Shown here one piece after another: positions 11,251 through 23,019 of a DNA stretch of 64,000 bases. The notes beneath the pieces were generated by a model. It had not been told where the DNA came from, did no database searches, and saw only the letters and a list, made by a program, of their open reading frames with translations. Numbering within the stretch: position 1 is the stretch's first letter; every line of letters begins with the position of its first letter. Made by a program: the position numbers and the translations under genes. Source of the DNA: Eledone cirrhosa (lineage: Eukaryota); the NCBI GenBank assembly GCA_964016885.1, contig OZ024751.1, positions 45,694,001 to 45,758,000 of the forward strand, written 5' to 3'.

Positions 11251-13624
11251 CTCATTACTTCTTGCTTGGCAGGCCGACACTGTATCCATTTACCAAGATT
11301 TACTTTAATGAGAAATAAATGGGAGAAAAGAAATAAAGTTGTAATAATAATAATAAATCAATCAGTAATTAACTATAAGTTAACGAGATATTAATTAATC
11401 AGCGTAAGAAATTGGTAATCTAATTACTCATTATCACCAGTAATAATTTACTCTGCAATTAAATGCCTATACAGCATTAACTAATGAAATTTTAACCAAT
11501 AAACTGATTACTGGCCACTAACTAAATATTAATTAATTAACAATTAATTAATGGAATTAATGAGGTGAAACTGTATTAACCAGTAATTTATTACTAACTG
11601 ATGTAGTTAGTCTATAGCACTAATAGAAAAAGAGGGCATATTAACTTTAATGAATTAATAAATTGACAAGGAAGATAACTAGACATTAATTCACTTATGG
11701 GACTAATGAGGGTCTATATTAAATCATAACTATCCAACCACCACCATTATCATCAATGTTACGTCCTCTTTCTATGCTGGCATGGGTTGGCTTGAGTCAA
11801 AGTTACTGCCTTCCTAGATAAGTTAGAGGACAATGTCTCATGGGTATGTTCCATTTTGGGCATGGTTTCTACAGCTGTATATCCTTCCTGATACCAACAA
11901 GTTTACAGAATGTATTGAGTCCATATTATTATGGTATTAGTATTAGAAAGGCTGTCCTAATTTAGGCAAGACTAGAGAGGGCTCTCTCAATCCCTAGTTG
12001 TCTGTTTGATTGTCAACAACTTTACAGTGTTCTGGGTTCATATTATCATGTAAACAGCATTAGAGAGACTGTCATGTCCTTGGTAAGGGTCCTTTCTTTG
12101 TTCATCAATAAATCTAGAGAGCTTAATGGGTACATTTGTGAGGGTCCTTTTCCTTATATGGAAGTTAACTTAAAAAGGCTGGAGATAAAATTAAATAAAA
12201 AATTACATTAAAATCTTAAGTAAACAGTTAATTATAAACCAGGAGGGGTGGGTTTAGGGTAGGAGGGTAGTGACCGTTGCTTCTGCTTTCAGACTGTGAG
12301 GTTGATGTGGTTGGTATTTATGACCTTGAATTTCTATTGCTGTCTGTGGGAAATGTGGAGAGCAAATCTGGGTTGATGCGATTGTTATTGTTTAACCCTA
12401 GGTCAATCATGATCCTGTAACAAACCTATTATCAAAAATGTTCCAACCTTGACTATCCAGTCTTTTATTACAACAATGTATATAGAACTACATTATTCAA
12501 TGTGTTGAGGGTGAGATAGAGTAATGGTGAGTGTGAGACAGAAAGCCAGGGGAGGAAAGTGGTTTTGGGCAGAGGGTGGGTGATAAAGAGCATGCAAATA
12601 GAGAGAGCTAGGAAATATTTTAACCTCTGTTAAACTGGAAATATTTTACAGATATTAACACCCTTGACTATTAAACCACATTTAATGTTTTGGCTCTTTA
12701 TATTCTCAGGTCAATTTTGCTTTTCATCCTTCCAGGGTCAATAAAATTGGGTCCCAGTGAAGTACTGGGTTCAATTTAATCAACTTTCCTCTCCACATAA
12801 TTGCCATCAAGGGAGAAGTGGAAAAGCCTTTTAGCTAGTGATATATAATGACATCTTGATAGTCTGGTCAATCTGTTTTGTCTAGCGATGTATAAGGACA
12901 TCTGGTAGTTTGGTCAATTAAAGGATCCAAGATTAATACCAGAGACTATTGCAGTTATAAGGCCTCAGCTGTTGTGTTCTGCTCATAACCTGTAAATTGT
13001 GGTCATGATTTATCCTTTAAATCCAGATAACTCTACCGATCTCAATGTGATGTGTGTTTGTGTAGTATCAAGAAGTACATATACTATGTATTTGTGTTAA
13101 ATATGTGTCTTCTGCTCTATCCTAGAAAGATATTGCCGACTCTCAAGATGTGTAGCATTAAGAAGTACATATACTATGTCATGTTAAGTACATTGGTTAC
13201 TCTACTGTAAGAACTCTTATCCTGTCAGAATGGCTGATATTGGGTATAGTTTTAGTTACATAGAATTTGAGTGGTAAGAAACTCTCAGGAGAGCTAGACA
13301 GCTGAAGGTCTTCAGAGAAGAAAACCCTACACTCATGTGAATGTTTCAGAGACTGGAGCAAATGACCTGGGAATGTTGAAATTAAAGTCTAAGTCTTGCT
13401 TTAAACTGACATTTTAGAGACCTATTTCACTCTTACAATATATACAAATTTGATGTAGAAACTTGAAAAAGTCAACAGTAAATAAAAAAAATTGATTCAC
13501 CTTACATTTGTATATATGTCTAAGGTGAATACATGGGCTGGTGTGCATAGAACCATCAATGCATACCACCGCTTCCTTGTATCATAAAAAAAATTTTTAA
13601 GATATGTGAAATTCTTTAAACATG

Positions 13625-13878
13625 TTTATACCATTTGATGAGCTCGGGCTGACGAAGTGGATAGGAAGGTCACTACCTAACCATTGCTCCCAGCGAATTA
13701 TATATCATGGAGATGAATGCTCCCAGCGAATTATATATCATGGAGATGAAAATAAACCTACATACAACTGTATATGGCCTTCGATGTATTTAATATTTTA
13801 TTATATATATATGTATCATCGAGTCTTTGAAGATTAGGTGCTAATCTGCTACTTGTAGCTGCCTTCGATTATACTCAC

Positions 13879-13885
<7 letters not shown>
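13625..13885 (+). mobile_element. Degenerate Penelope-like 3' fragment with mutated minimal hammerhead and a 33-bp tandem duplication, ending in (TA)n
   Basis: CCAT-TTGATGA-GCT(C)GGG...CCCAGC-GAAT-TATATA-TC-ATGG at 13631-13710, with two core mutations. Duplication 13685-13717 / 13718-13750. Tail motif atcgagtctt near 13818. Confidence 0.45.
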
Positions 13886-13920
<35 letters not shown>

Positions 13921-14164
13921 TTCAAGATAATAAGATGTATACAAGGATACAATAAAAGTCTTAGTTTCATGCCTGTTGGAAAAGGAACGGGAATGTTTTT
14001 ATGTATATATATTCCCATTCTATATATGTAGCTCTTCCTATCACCCTTAACTACTACTACCACCACTACCACCATCACCAGCCCCTACCTGTAGTTTTAC
14101 CATCAACCCCTTTTATGGTGATGTTTCATTGTCACTTTAATATTGCATCTTGCTAGTTTCTCCT

Positions 14165-14510
14165 TCCTCCTCATCATCATCATCAACAACAATGCCATCA
14201 TTATCATGATCACTGATCTTAATGAGCATCTTTGTCATCACAACCATCATAGCTATCACCACCACCACCGGCGCCACCACCGCCACCATCATCATCTCTA
14301 TCATGGTCACAAAGCTCATCGTCATCACCACCGTCATAGCCATCACCACCATCATCATCAACAGTATCATCCCTATCATGATCATAAGGATCTTAATCAT
14401 CACCATCACCATCACAATCAACATTACCATCCCTCCACCCACCATTTTCATCATCATCATCCCTCACCCCACGACCACCACTATCATCATCATCATCATA
14501 ACCACTGCCA
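14165..14510. repeat. Degenerate (CAT/CAC)n trinucleotide region
   Basis: Direct reading. Similar tracts at ~8640-9790, 17940-18120, 31108-31290 and 58230-58860. Confidence 0.9.
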
Positions 14511-15494
14511 TTGTATGTGTGTGTGTATGTATGTGTGTAAGTGTCTGTATATCTCTATATAATGAAGTCTTTCATAAGTGTATGTATAGGTGTGTGTTCA
14601 AGGTGTTTGATGTGTGTATGTCTAGAGGGTGAATGCATGTTTAACAGAGGGTTATGCGTGTGTAGGAATTCATATGTGTATGTGAGGGCAGGTGTGTGTG
14701 TGTATGTGTGTGTGTGTGCATGTATGTGTGTGTGGGCGTGTAGAGGATTATAAGGTGTGTACATATGTAAGGTGCCAGGAAAGGTGTTATGGGGATGGTG
14801 GAAGTGTGTTGTATGTGTGTGTGAAGGAATAGGTGTGTGTGTATGTAAGGTGCCAAAATAGGTGTTAGGTGTGTGTGAAAGAGACAGTGAAGGTGTGTGT
14901 GTATATATGTATATATCTATATATATATATATGTGTGTGTGTGCGTGTGTGTGTCAGTCTGTGTCTGGAAACAGAAATTGTGTTTAAGTTTCAATTCTTG
15001 AAATTTTACTAAAATATTTATTTTATTAATGTTTTGTTTTTATTTCTTTGTTAGTTTTATTTGTTTTTAATTTAAAATATTTTTCTGATTATTTTGTGCT
15101 TTTATTATTTGTTTTCTTTATTCCGTTTGGAGTAAACCAGATGTGGTGAGGTACACACACACACTTGAACTCACATACACACACAAACACTTTATATAAG
15201 AATGTGGGGAGTGTGCCACTAAAATAATACTGACGCACATAACCACACACAAACATACGCATGCATACACACATAAATACACCTACATGGATACATACCA
15301 ACACACACACACAGACAGACATAAATACATCTACATGGATACATACCAACACATACATATATACATATATACAAGTTTGAATGTAAAGGAATGCAAAGAG
15401 TATGCCCCTAGAATAATACTAACATCAACACACTATCAGACATACATACCATATGTACACAACATGATATGGGGTGGCACCTAACATAATAAAT

Positions 15495-15976
15495 ATACAA
15501 CATCTCACAACATGAAATATAGTGACACTATATATATAACATCTCACAACATGATATAGAGTGGCACTCTATACATCTCACAACATAAAATATAGCGACA
15601 TCATCATCATCATCATTTTACATCCGCTTTTCCCTGCTTGCAAGGGTGGGAAGGGAACTGATTCTGGCTAGATTTCCACAGTTGGATGTCCTTCCGAACA
15701 CCAACCTCATTTACTCATTTACAGTGAGTCCTGGGTGCTTTTTTGCCGTGGCACCTCCACGTCCACTTTACAGTGTGGGCTGGGTGCTTTTTTGCCATGG
15801 CACCTGCGCGCCCACTTTGCAGTGGAATGATAGGGACCCCTGTCTCTATCATCTCATTTCTACAGCTGAGTAAACTGGAGCAATGTGAAATAAAGTGTCT
15901 TGCTCAAGGAAACAACACATCACTCGGTCAGAGAGTTGAACTCACAACCTTTCGATTGCAAGCCCAATGCTCTAAC

Positions 15977-16045
<69 letters not shown>

Positions 16046-16520
16046 ATCTCACAACATGATATAGAGTGGCACTCTAGACATAACTGATATACACATCTCA
16101 CAACATGAAATATAGTGACACTATATATATATATAATATCTCACATCATGATATAGCGTATCACTCTAGACATAACTGATATGCACATCTCACAACATAC
16201 AATACAGTGACACTATATACACTACATCTCACAACATGATATAGAGTAGCACTAGAGACATAAAGGGTGTACACATCTCACAACATGAAATATAGTGACA
16301 ACATATATATATATAACATCTCACAACATGATATAGAGTAGCACTAGAGACATAAAGGGTGTACACATCTCACAACATGATATAGAGTAGCACTAGAGAC
16401 ATAAAGGGTGTACACATCTCACAACATGAAATATAGTGACAACATACATATATAACATCTCACAACATGATATAGAGTGGCACCTACTATAGACATAACA
16501 GATGTACACATCTCACAACA
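15495..16520. repeat. Degenerate minisatellite (core catctcacaacatga-tatag), interrupted by a SINE
   Basis: About a dozen copies of catctcacaacatga(a/t)atatag with variable spacers. Confidence 0.8.
15598..15978 (-). mobile_element. SINE family B copy (minus strand) with an internal duplicated module
   Basis: Reverse complement of the 7591-7933 element. It has an extra gtgctttttgccgtggcacc...tttacagtg module. Confidence 0.85.
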
Positions 16521-17018
16521 TAAAGTGTCTTGCTCAAGGACATAACATGCCACTGGGGTATTGAACTCATGACCTTACAATCTTGAGCTAAATACTCTAA
16601 CCAGCATCATATTTCTGACCCTCCTCCCACATCCTGCCATAAACATTGCAAAATGGTGAAGAAAAGGAAGCTAAGATGGTATGACCATGTCATTAAATCC
16701 AGTGACTTAATAAAGACCATTTTATAAGGAACTGGAGAAGGGAGATAGTGATTAAGTAAGGTGGACAGGTGAGTAGGGAGTAAGGTGGATAGGTGAGTAG
16801 GGGTAAAGGTGAACAGGTGAGTAGGGATAAAGGTAGACAGACAACATTAATGAATGGACAGGAAAATGATGAGCAGAGATCTGAGATGTGGCATACAGCT
16901 GCAACAGATGGAGAAGATATATTGATGGCACTTCTATAACTATCGGGAGTTGAGGACACTAAGAGAAATGGAATGGAAGGGGTGGGGTTAGATCTTTGTA
17001 TATACTACTGACCCAATA

Positions 17019-17475
17019 TTACTACATCAAACCACACTACATCAAACCACACTACACCAAACCACATTACATCAAACCACACTACACCAAACCACACTAC
17101 ATCAAACCACACTACACCAAACCACATTACATCAAACCACATTACACCAAACCACATTACATCAAACCACACTACACCAAACCACACTACATCAAACCAC
17201 ACTACACCAAACCACACTACATCAAACCACACTACACCAAACCACATTACATCAAACCACACTACACCAAACCACACTACACCAAACCACACTACATTAA
17301 ACCACTATACCAAACCATGCTACACCAACCACACTACATCAAACCACTATACCAAACCATGCTACACCAACCATACTACTCCAAACCACTGCACCAAACC
17401 ACATTACATCAAACCATACTACACCAAACCACTACACAACACCACTGCACCAAAGCAACCTACACTACACACCAA
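17019..17475. repeat. 15-bp minisatellite (ccacactacatcaaa / ccacactacaccaaa alternating, 30-bp dimer)
   Basis: Direct reading; gives the KPHYI/KPHYT ORF artefact. Confidence 0.95.
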
Positions 17476-18375
17476 ACTATATATGGGCCAATGAGGAAGA
17501 TTGTGTAAACACTAAATCTATTAAACATAGTCAAATCACCTCAAATTACACTGTCTTTAAAAAGACACATTATATAATGCAGTCAGATATACACCACAAC
17601 CATCACTATACCACTACTATACCACTACCACCACCACAAACAGGGTGTATACCAAACATGCAATATATTGGTTCAGTGCATCTCACTGCATCATCATCAT
17701 CACTTTCATTACAAAAAGTTGGCAACATTTGACGAGCTAAACTAATTATAATTAATCCAGTATGTTGTAATTATGTGTCATGGAATGAATAGATGGAATA
17801 TAAGCAAAAAACAGCAGAGGATTCTTGAAATGGTGGTGGTGGTGGTAGTGGTAGAATAATGATGGGGTGGGGTCAGTGGGGTGAGAGGGAGGGAGGGAAG
17901 GCAGAGATGAAACAGGTAGATTATGAATGATTGTCTGTCATCACTGCTACTACCATTACTATTACCACTACCATTACTATTACCACCACCATTATCACTA
18001 ACACTACCACAACTATTATCAGTACCACTGCCACTACTACCACCACCACCACCACAACTAATATCACTCTACCCCCCCCCCCCCCCCCACTACTATACCC
18101 CAACTATCACCACCAACCACAGGACAAGCTGGGTCTTTATGCGCTTAGTTAATCTGCTAGAAATACCAGTCAAATCGTCTTCAAATCACACCCTACTATC
18201 TTTTAACAAGAACACATGATTTATTATGCAGCGATAAGCACAACATTTTACCCATTAAGTCACCATAATGGTCATTTCTTGGAATTTACAAATAAACCCT
18301 TAATTCAAAGCATGGACCCTATAATGAACATGAAGTTTGTTAGAGGTACCACAAGGATAACAAACCTTGCTCTAA

Positions 18376-18530
18376 CCTTTTAGCATTTACATTACTCTAT
18401 ATGTACTAGTGTATTTTGATGTTATTTATTTTGAGAACAATACCTTAACGTCAGTAAGAGTTACGGCCAGTTTGAACAGAAAGAGGTGAGTGAATTCTGG
18501 CTGGACACGGCCGGGTTAAATGCTAAAGGG
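18376..18530. mobile_element. piggyBac-like MITE
   Basis: Ends ccttttagcattta and taaatgctaaaggg, flanked by (c)taa / ttaa. A second family member lies in opposite orientation at 61883-62103. Confidence 0.6.
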
Positions 18531-20252
18531 TTAACAGAGCAAAATGGCCATTCAATGCCACTTGTTGTTGTAGTAATGTTGTTGTGTTGTAATAGTGTAG
18601 CTGGAGTGTTGTAACTGCTGTTGTAGTTGTAGTATTGTAACAGTATTGTTTTTGTGTAGTAATAGTGTTGTTTTTGTTTTGTAATAGTTGTTTTTATGTT
18701 GTAACGGTGTTGTAGTAGTAGTAGTTGTTGTTGTTGTTATTGCAGTGTCTTAGACAGTTCAGAAACAATTCTATAAACTTCAAGCCATTGTATTAATCTA
18801 TTTGAACAACTGAAGAAATAATTTTTTTTCCCATTATTTCACATGTTTTATATTTTATAGTCTCACCACTTTCCCCTCTCTCACTCTCCCAGATGTTTAT
18901 AGTGACTGCTTCTATCTATCACAATACATTAACAATATCTCCCCCCCCCCCATCAGCCCCACACACTACATCTTGCAGGGGGTACCACATAGACCCCCTC
19001 TCTCTCGCTTACTGAATGATATGAGGAGCAATAAAGTACCAGCACTTGGACCATTTTCCACAGTTAAATGGTTGTTTTAATGCCAGATTTCCTTTTAATA
19101 ACATTCGGTAGATTAATCCTGCTCTGTTCACCTTTGCTCATTCTTTGATATAAAATCATTATGACTTCTAGAAAACTGTGATAGCAATTCTTTGAGATAA
19201 AATCTTAACAACTTCTAGAAAACTCTGTGACACCAATTTGATAAGAAGAAAATTAAATAAATTACTAAACATATCTAAATTCTTGATTATTTTCAAAATA
19301 ATAAAAAAATAATAGGTAGTGTCTTTCATTAGAAATATCATAACAGAAGGGTTACATCTTTTGTGACCATATTTCTAATGAAATATGTTTTATTTAAATT
19401 AATGAAGAATTCCTAAGCATTTACTAAAATTATCAATTATTTTATTACTAAGATAGTAACTTAACATATGGTTCATATATAAAATTATACTGGAAGATTT
19501 AAATTTAAATAGGATCCTTTTAAAATGGATGGGTTTTGTTTCATAGAACCTGAGCCAAGTGTTAAGTGAATTTGAATGAAACTAGTTGAAGATAGAAATA
19601 AAGTGATTGTGTTGCAAAGTTAAGCAGGAGTTGCTATGGAAGAAGTGTGACCTAAAAGGGAGTTATTTGAGAAATGTTTACCTGTGTGATAGAATAACAT
19701 TACTAAGAAGGTGTTAAGTGAACAGGTGTGAAATCATAGCCAGCACACCTTGTCCTCCCACACTGTCCCTCTCTCTATCTCTTTCTGTTTGTTTCTCTCA
19801 TCGCAATCAGAGTGGTCTTATATCACAGGATTGTGTCAAGTGTCAGTGGCACAGTCTACTCAGCTGTAAACAAGTACCACAAGGTGGTGTGATTTATTGA
19901 TGTAGGCAGCACTGTGAAATTGAAGAGTGTTCTGTTGGCCTGCAGTGGTAAGTCCCAACCAAACCCTGCTGCAATAAACCTGAGTACTATCCAAGGGTAG
20001 ATTTGTCTCATATTTGCTAAACACCACAGAAACTAGAAATAAGCATAAGGCCCAGTGGATGATAGATGTACACGAATGGGGTTGTGGGGTAAACAGAGAG
20101 AGGTAGGGAGAAAGAGGATAAGGTATAGTTTTGTGGTTGGAGGGAGGTGAAAAGTAGAGAGTACTGTAATGGTGGAGGGAGGCATGTGAAAGGTAGAGAG
20201 ACACTTAGTGTAATGGTGGTGGGAAGGAGGTAAAAGGAAGAGGTATACTTAC

Positions 20253-20345
20253 TGTAATGGTGGTGTTGCGGTCATCTGAATGTGGCGAGTCACGGATTTG
20301 TGAGAGTTGAGTTGAGGTGGAGGATGGACGATGGTATGGTGGCTC
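20253..20345 (-). CDS. Candidate upstream coding exon of the SOBP-like gene (93 nt, phase 0/0): EPPYHRPSSTSTQLSQIRDSPHSDDRNTTIT
   Basis: Minus strand ttgtctttatttcag|GAGCCA...ATTACA|gtaagt has a strong acceptor and donor. Length is a multiple of 3, there is no stop, and it is in frame with the 10290 exon. No homology recognised. Confidence 0.55.
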
Positions 20346-21225
20346 CTGAAATAAAGACAAAACGCTGTGGTGTTATCATCATCATCATCGTTTAACATCT
20401 TCCACGCTACTCAGCACAAACCACACAGTGATCCTTCAAACAAAAAATGACATTTATAGTTCACATTTATGTAGGTTTAGCTGGTCCCTTACAAGGTTCT
20501 ATCTCATAGGAGGTTTCAAGTATCTTAATGATGAGGGCCCTAGACTTTTCATGAAAAATCAATGTGACATGAAGCATCTTACTCAAGAACAAAGTACCCT
20601 ACTTGGTCCAAGAATCAAACCTTATGATTCACAGTTTATCTCCCTACATAGCCTTATATAATTATTGGTCCTTTTTTTCCATTCACCTTGGCTTGCAGGC
20701 CTTACAAAACAATCCCAATAAGGCCCACCTCCAAAAACAGTTTTCCAACCCTTAGATCAAGGATACAACCAACATCTCACAGAGTTAAGGCACGGAGAAG
20801 AGACAACAGACATAGAGACATATGTATAATGTATGTGAGGGTGAGATGCATAATGGAGGCTGAAATTGTTTGAAAGTTGGTGTAAGTTTTTTAATGAAAA
20901 CTGAAATATTTAACTTTGATGTCTAACATGAAAACTATGTGGTTATTAGTCAGTGTATATAAACAGGAAAGAATTTGATTAAAAGGGAGATGGTGGAGAT
21001 GTTGGAGGTAATGGTGGTGATGTTATTGTTGTTGGTGGTGGGAGATTTATTAGAGAGGACAAAGTTATGACTTGACTGAATGTAAGTATGCATGTGCATG
21101 TATATATATATGCCTGCATATAACCACATAGAATATATGTGTGTGTATATGAATATGTATGTACGTATATATATATATATAACACCCCTTTCTCTCTCTC
21201 TCTCTATCTCATATATATATATATC

Positions 21226-22150
21226 TATGGTAGAACTAGAGAATAAATTCCAAACTTGGAAGCAGGGACTAGAAAGAAAGTCAACATGACAAAGACTAAG
21301 GTCCTTGTAAGTAGACGAGAAAACAGAACCCAGATCCCCTCAGGGAAATGGCCTTGCTCAGTATGTAGGAAAGGTGTAGGTAGGAACTCCATTCTCTGCC
21401 CCAAATGCAAACAATGGGTACACAAGAGATGTAGCGGGATCTCAGGAAGCTTAATTAAGAATGTAGGCTTCACATGCAGCAGCTGTGCTGGGACAGCAAG
21501 CAGCAAACAGCCATAGGAAACAAGTACCACCAATCTCTGGGAGGGCTCTGTAGAAACAGTAGACAGCTTCTGCTACCTAGGTGACCGAATTAGCAGCGGA
21601 GGTGGGTGTTCAGAAAGTACAATAACTAGGGTAAGAACGGGATGGAAGAAGTTTAGGGAACTACTACCACTGCTAGCTGCAAAAGGCTTCTCCCTCAGAA
21701 TGAAAGGCAGACTGTATGATGCGTGTATCCGAACAGCGATGCTGCATGGTAGTGAGACCTGGGCGCTGAAGGTGGAAGACTTACGTAGATTAGAGAGAAA
21801 CAAAGCCTGCATGCTCCGATGGATGTGTAACAGTAATATACGTGAATGACAAAGCATAAATGAATTGAGAGAGAGACTGAGCATAAGAGGAATCAAATGC
21901 TGTGTGCAGGAGAGGCGGTTGCGCTGGTATGGATATGTGATGCATATGAAGGATGACAGCTGCATAAAAAGGTGCAGAACACTAGAAGTCGATGGAAACC
22001 GCGGAGTGGGGAGACCCAAGATGACCTGGGATGAGGTGATAAAAGCCAACCTTACCCAATTACACCTCTCAAAGGCAATGACACACGACCGTGACCTCTG
22101 GCATCACACAGTAATACAGAGTACCCGACCTCCCATGGGTACAAGCTGAA
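21226..22150 (+). mobile_element. 5'-truncated RTE-clade LINE: end of RT, Cys/His finger, C-terminal region; has stops and frameshifts
   Basis: KVNMTKTKVL, CSVCRKGVGRNSILCPKCKQWVHKRCSG...CSSC, GWKKFRELLPLL, YDACIRTAMLHGSETW, ERRLRWYGYV, GRPKMTW motifs. Confidence 0.9.
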
Positions 22151-22187
22151 GCATATAGACAATATGCCCCCTCCCCACCCCCCACCG

Positions 22188-22450
22188 CTAGGTGGTCGTG
22201 GAGGTGCCACGGCAAAAAAGCACCCAGCCCACACTGTAAAGTGGACGTGTAGGCGGCACGAAAAAGCACCCAGCACTCACTGTAAATGAGGTTGGTGTTA
22301 GGAAGGGCATCCAGCTGTAGAAATCAAGCCAAATCAGTTCCTGTATGAGCAAGGCATGGTCAGCCGACCAGACACTGCCCACAACAGAACAACCCGTCTA
22401 ACCCATGCTAGCGTGGAAGAACGGACGTAAAACGGTGATGATGATGATGA
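22188..22450 (+). mobile_element. 3' portion of a SINE B-related element with RTE-type tail, fused downstream of the LINE fragment
   Basis: gtggtcgtggaggtgccacggcaaaaaagc...ttaggaagggcatccagctgtag is shared with SINE B. The tail is aacccatgctagcgtggaagaacggacgtaaaacgg(tga)n; its reverse complement is also at 32134-32235. Confidence 0.75.
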
Positions 22451-23019
22451 ATTGAAAGAGGAACAACACAGGAGAGTGTATTATCATTTATATGTTCCTG
22501 AGTGCTGTTAGAGGGTAACAACAATTAAAGAAGGTACATGCTGTATACAAATGAGCATCTCCATAAATATATTATTGGAAAATATCTAAGCTATCACCTT
22601 ATTTTGCCTCAGTACCAATTGTGTAAATGTCACTGATGATGGATAAAGATCACAAAATACTAGTATTTGGTGTTCTCACATTATGGTTAGTGAGGTAGCT
22701 ATAACATGATCACAGCTTAAAATACTGACAACATGACATGTATGTTTATCATACATATCATAAATGCTTTAAATGTATGTTTATCATACATATTATAAAT
22801 GCTTTCATATACACCTCTATCATAATAATCTCCTATAGGCATAGTACAGGATCAGGAATGCCTTACTCGTAGTAGTCTTGATGCATGCGTGATACCAGCC
22901 CCAAATTTCTAAGTTCCTTTGATATGTATACATACATTCCCTGGGCAAAAGGGAGAGTGTATGATACTTGTAAATGTAGTGCAATATGGGCATTGAATGC
23001 AGATAATATATACAGGTAA

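Noticed and set aside
15185-15205. TATA-like motif on the minus strand as an alternative SOBP promoter
   Set aside because: TATA-like strings are ubiquitous in this TA-rich DNA, and no linked exon or donor could be supported.
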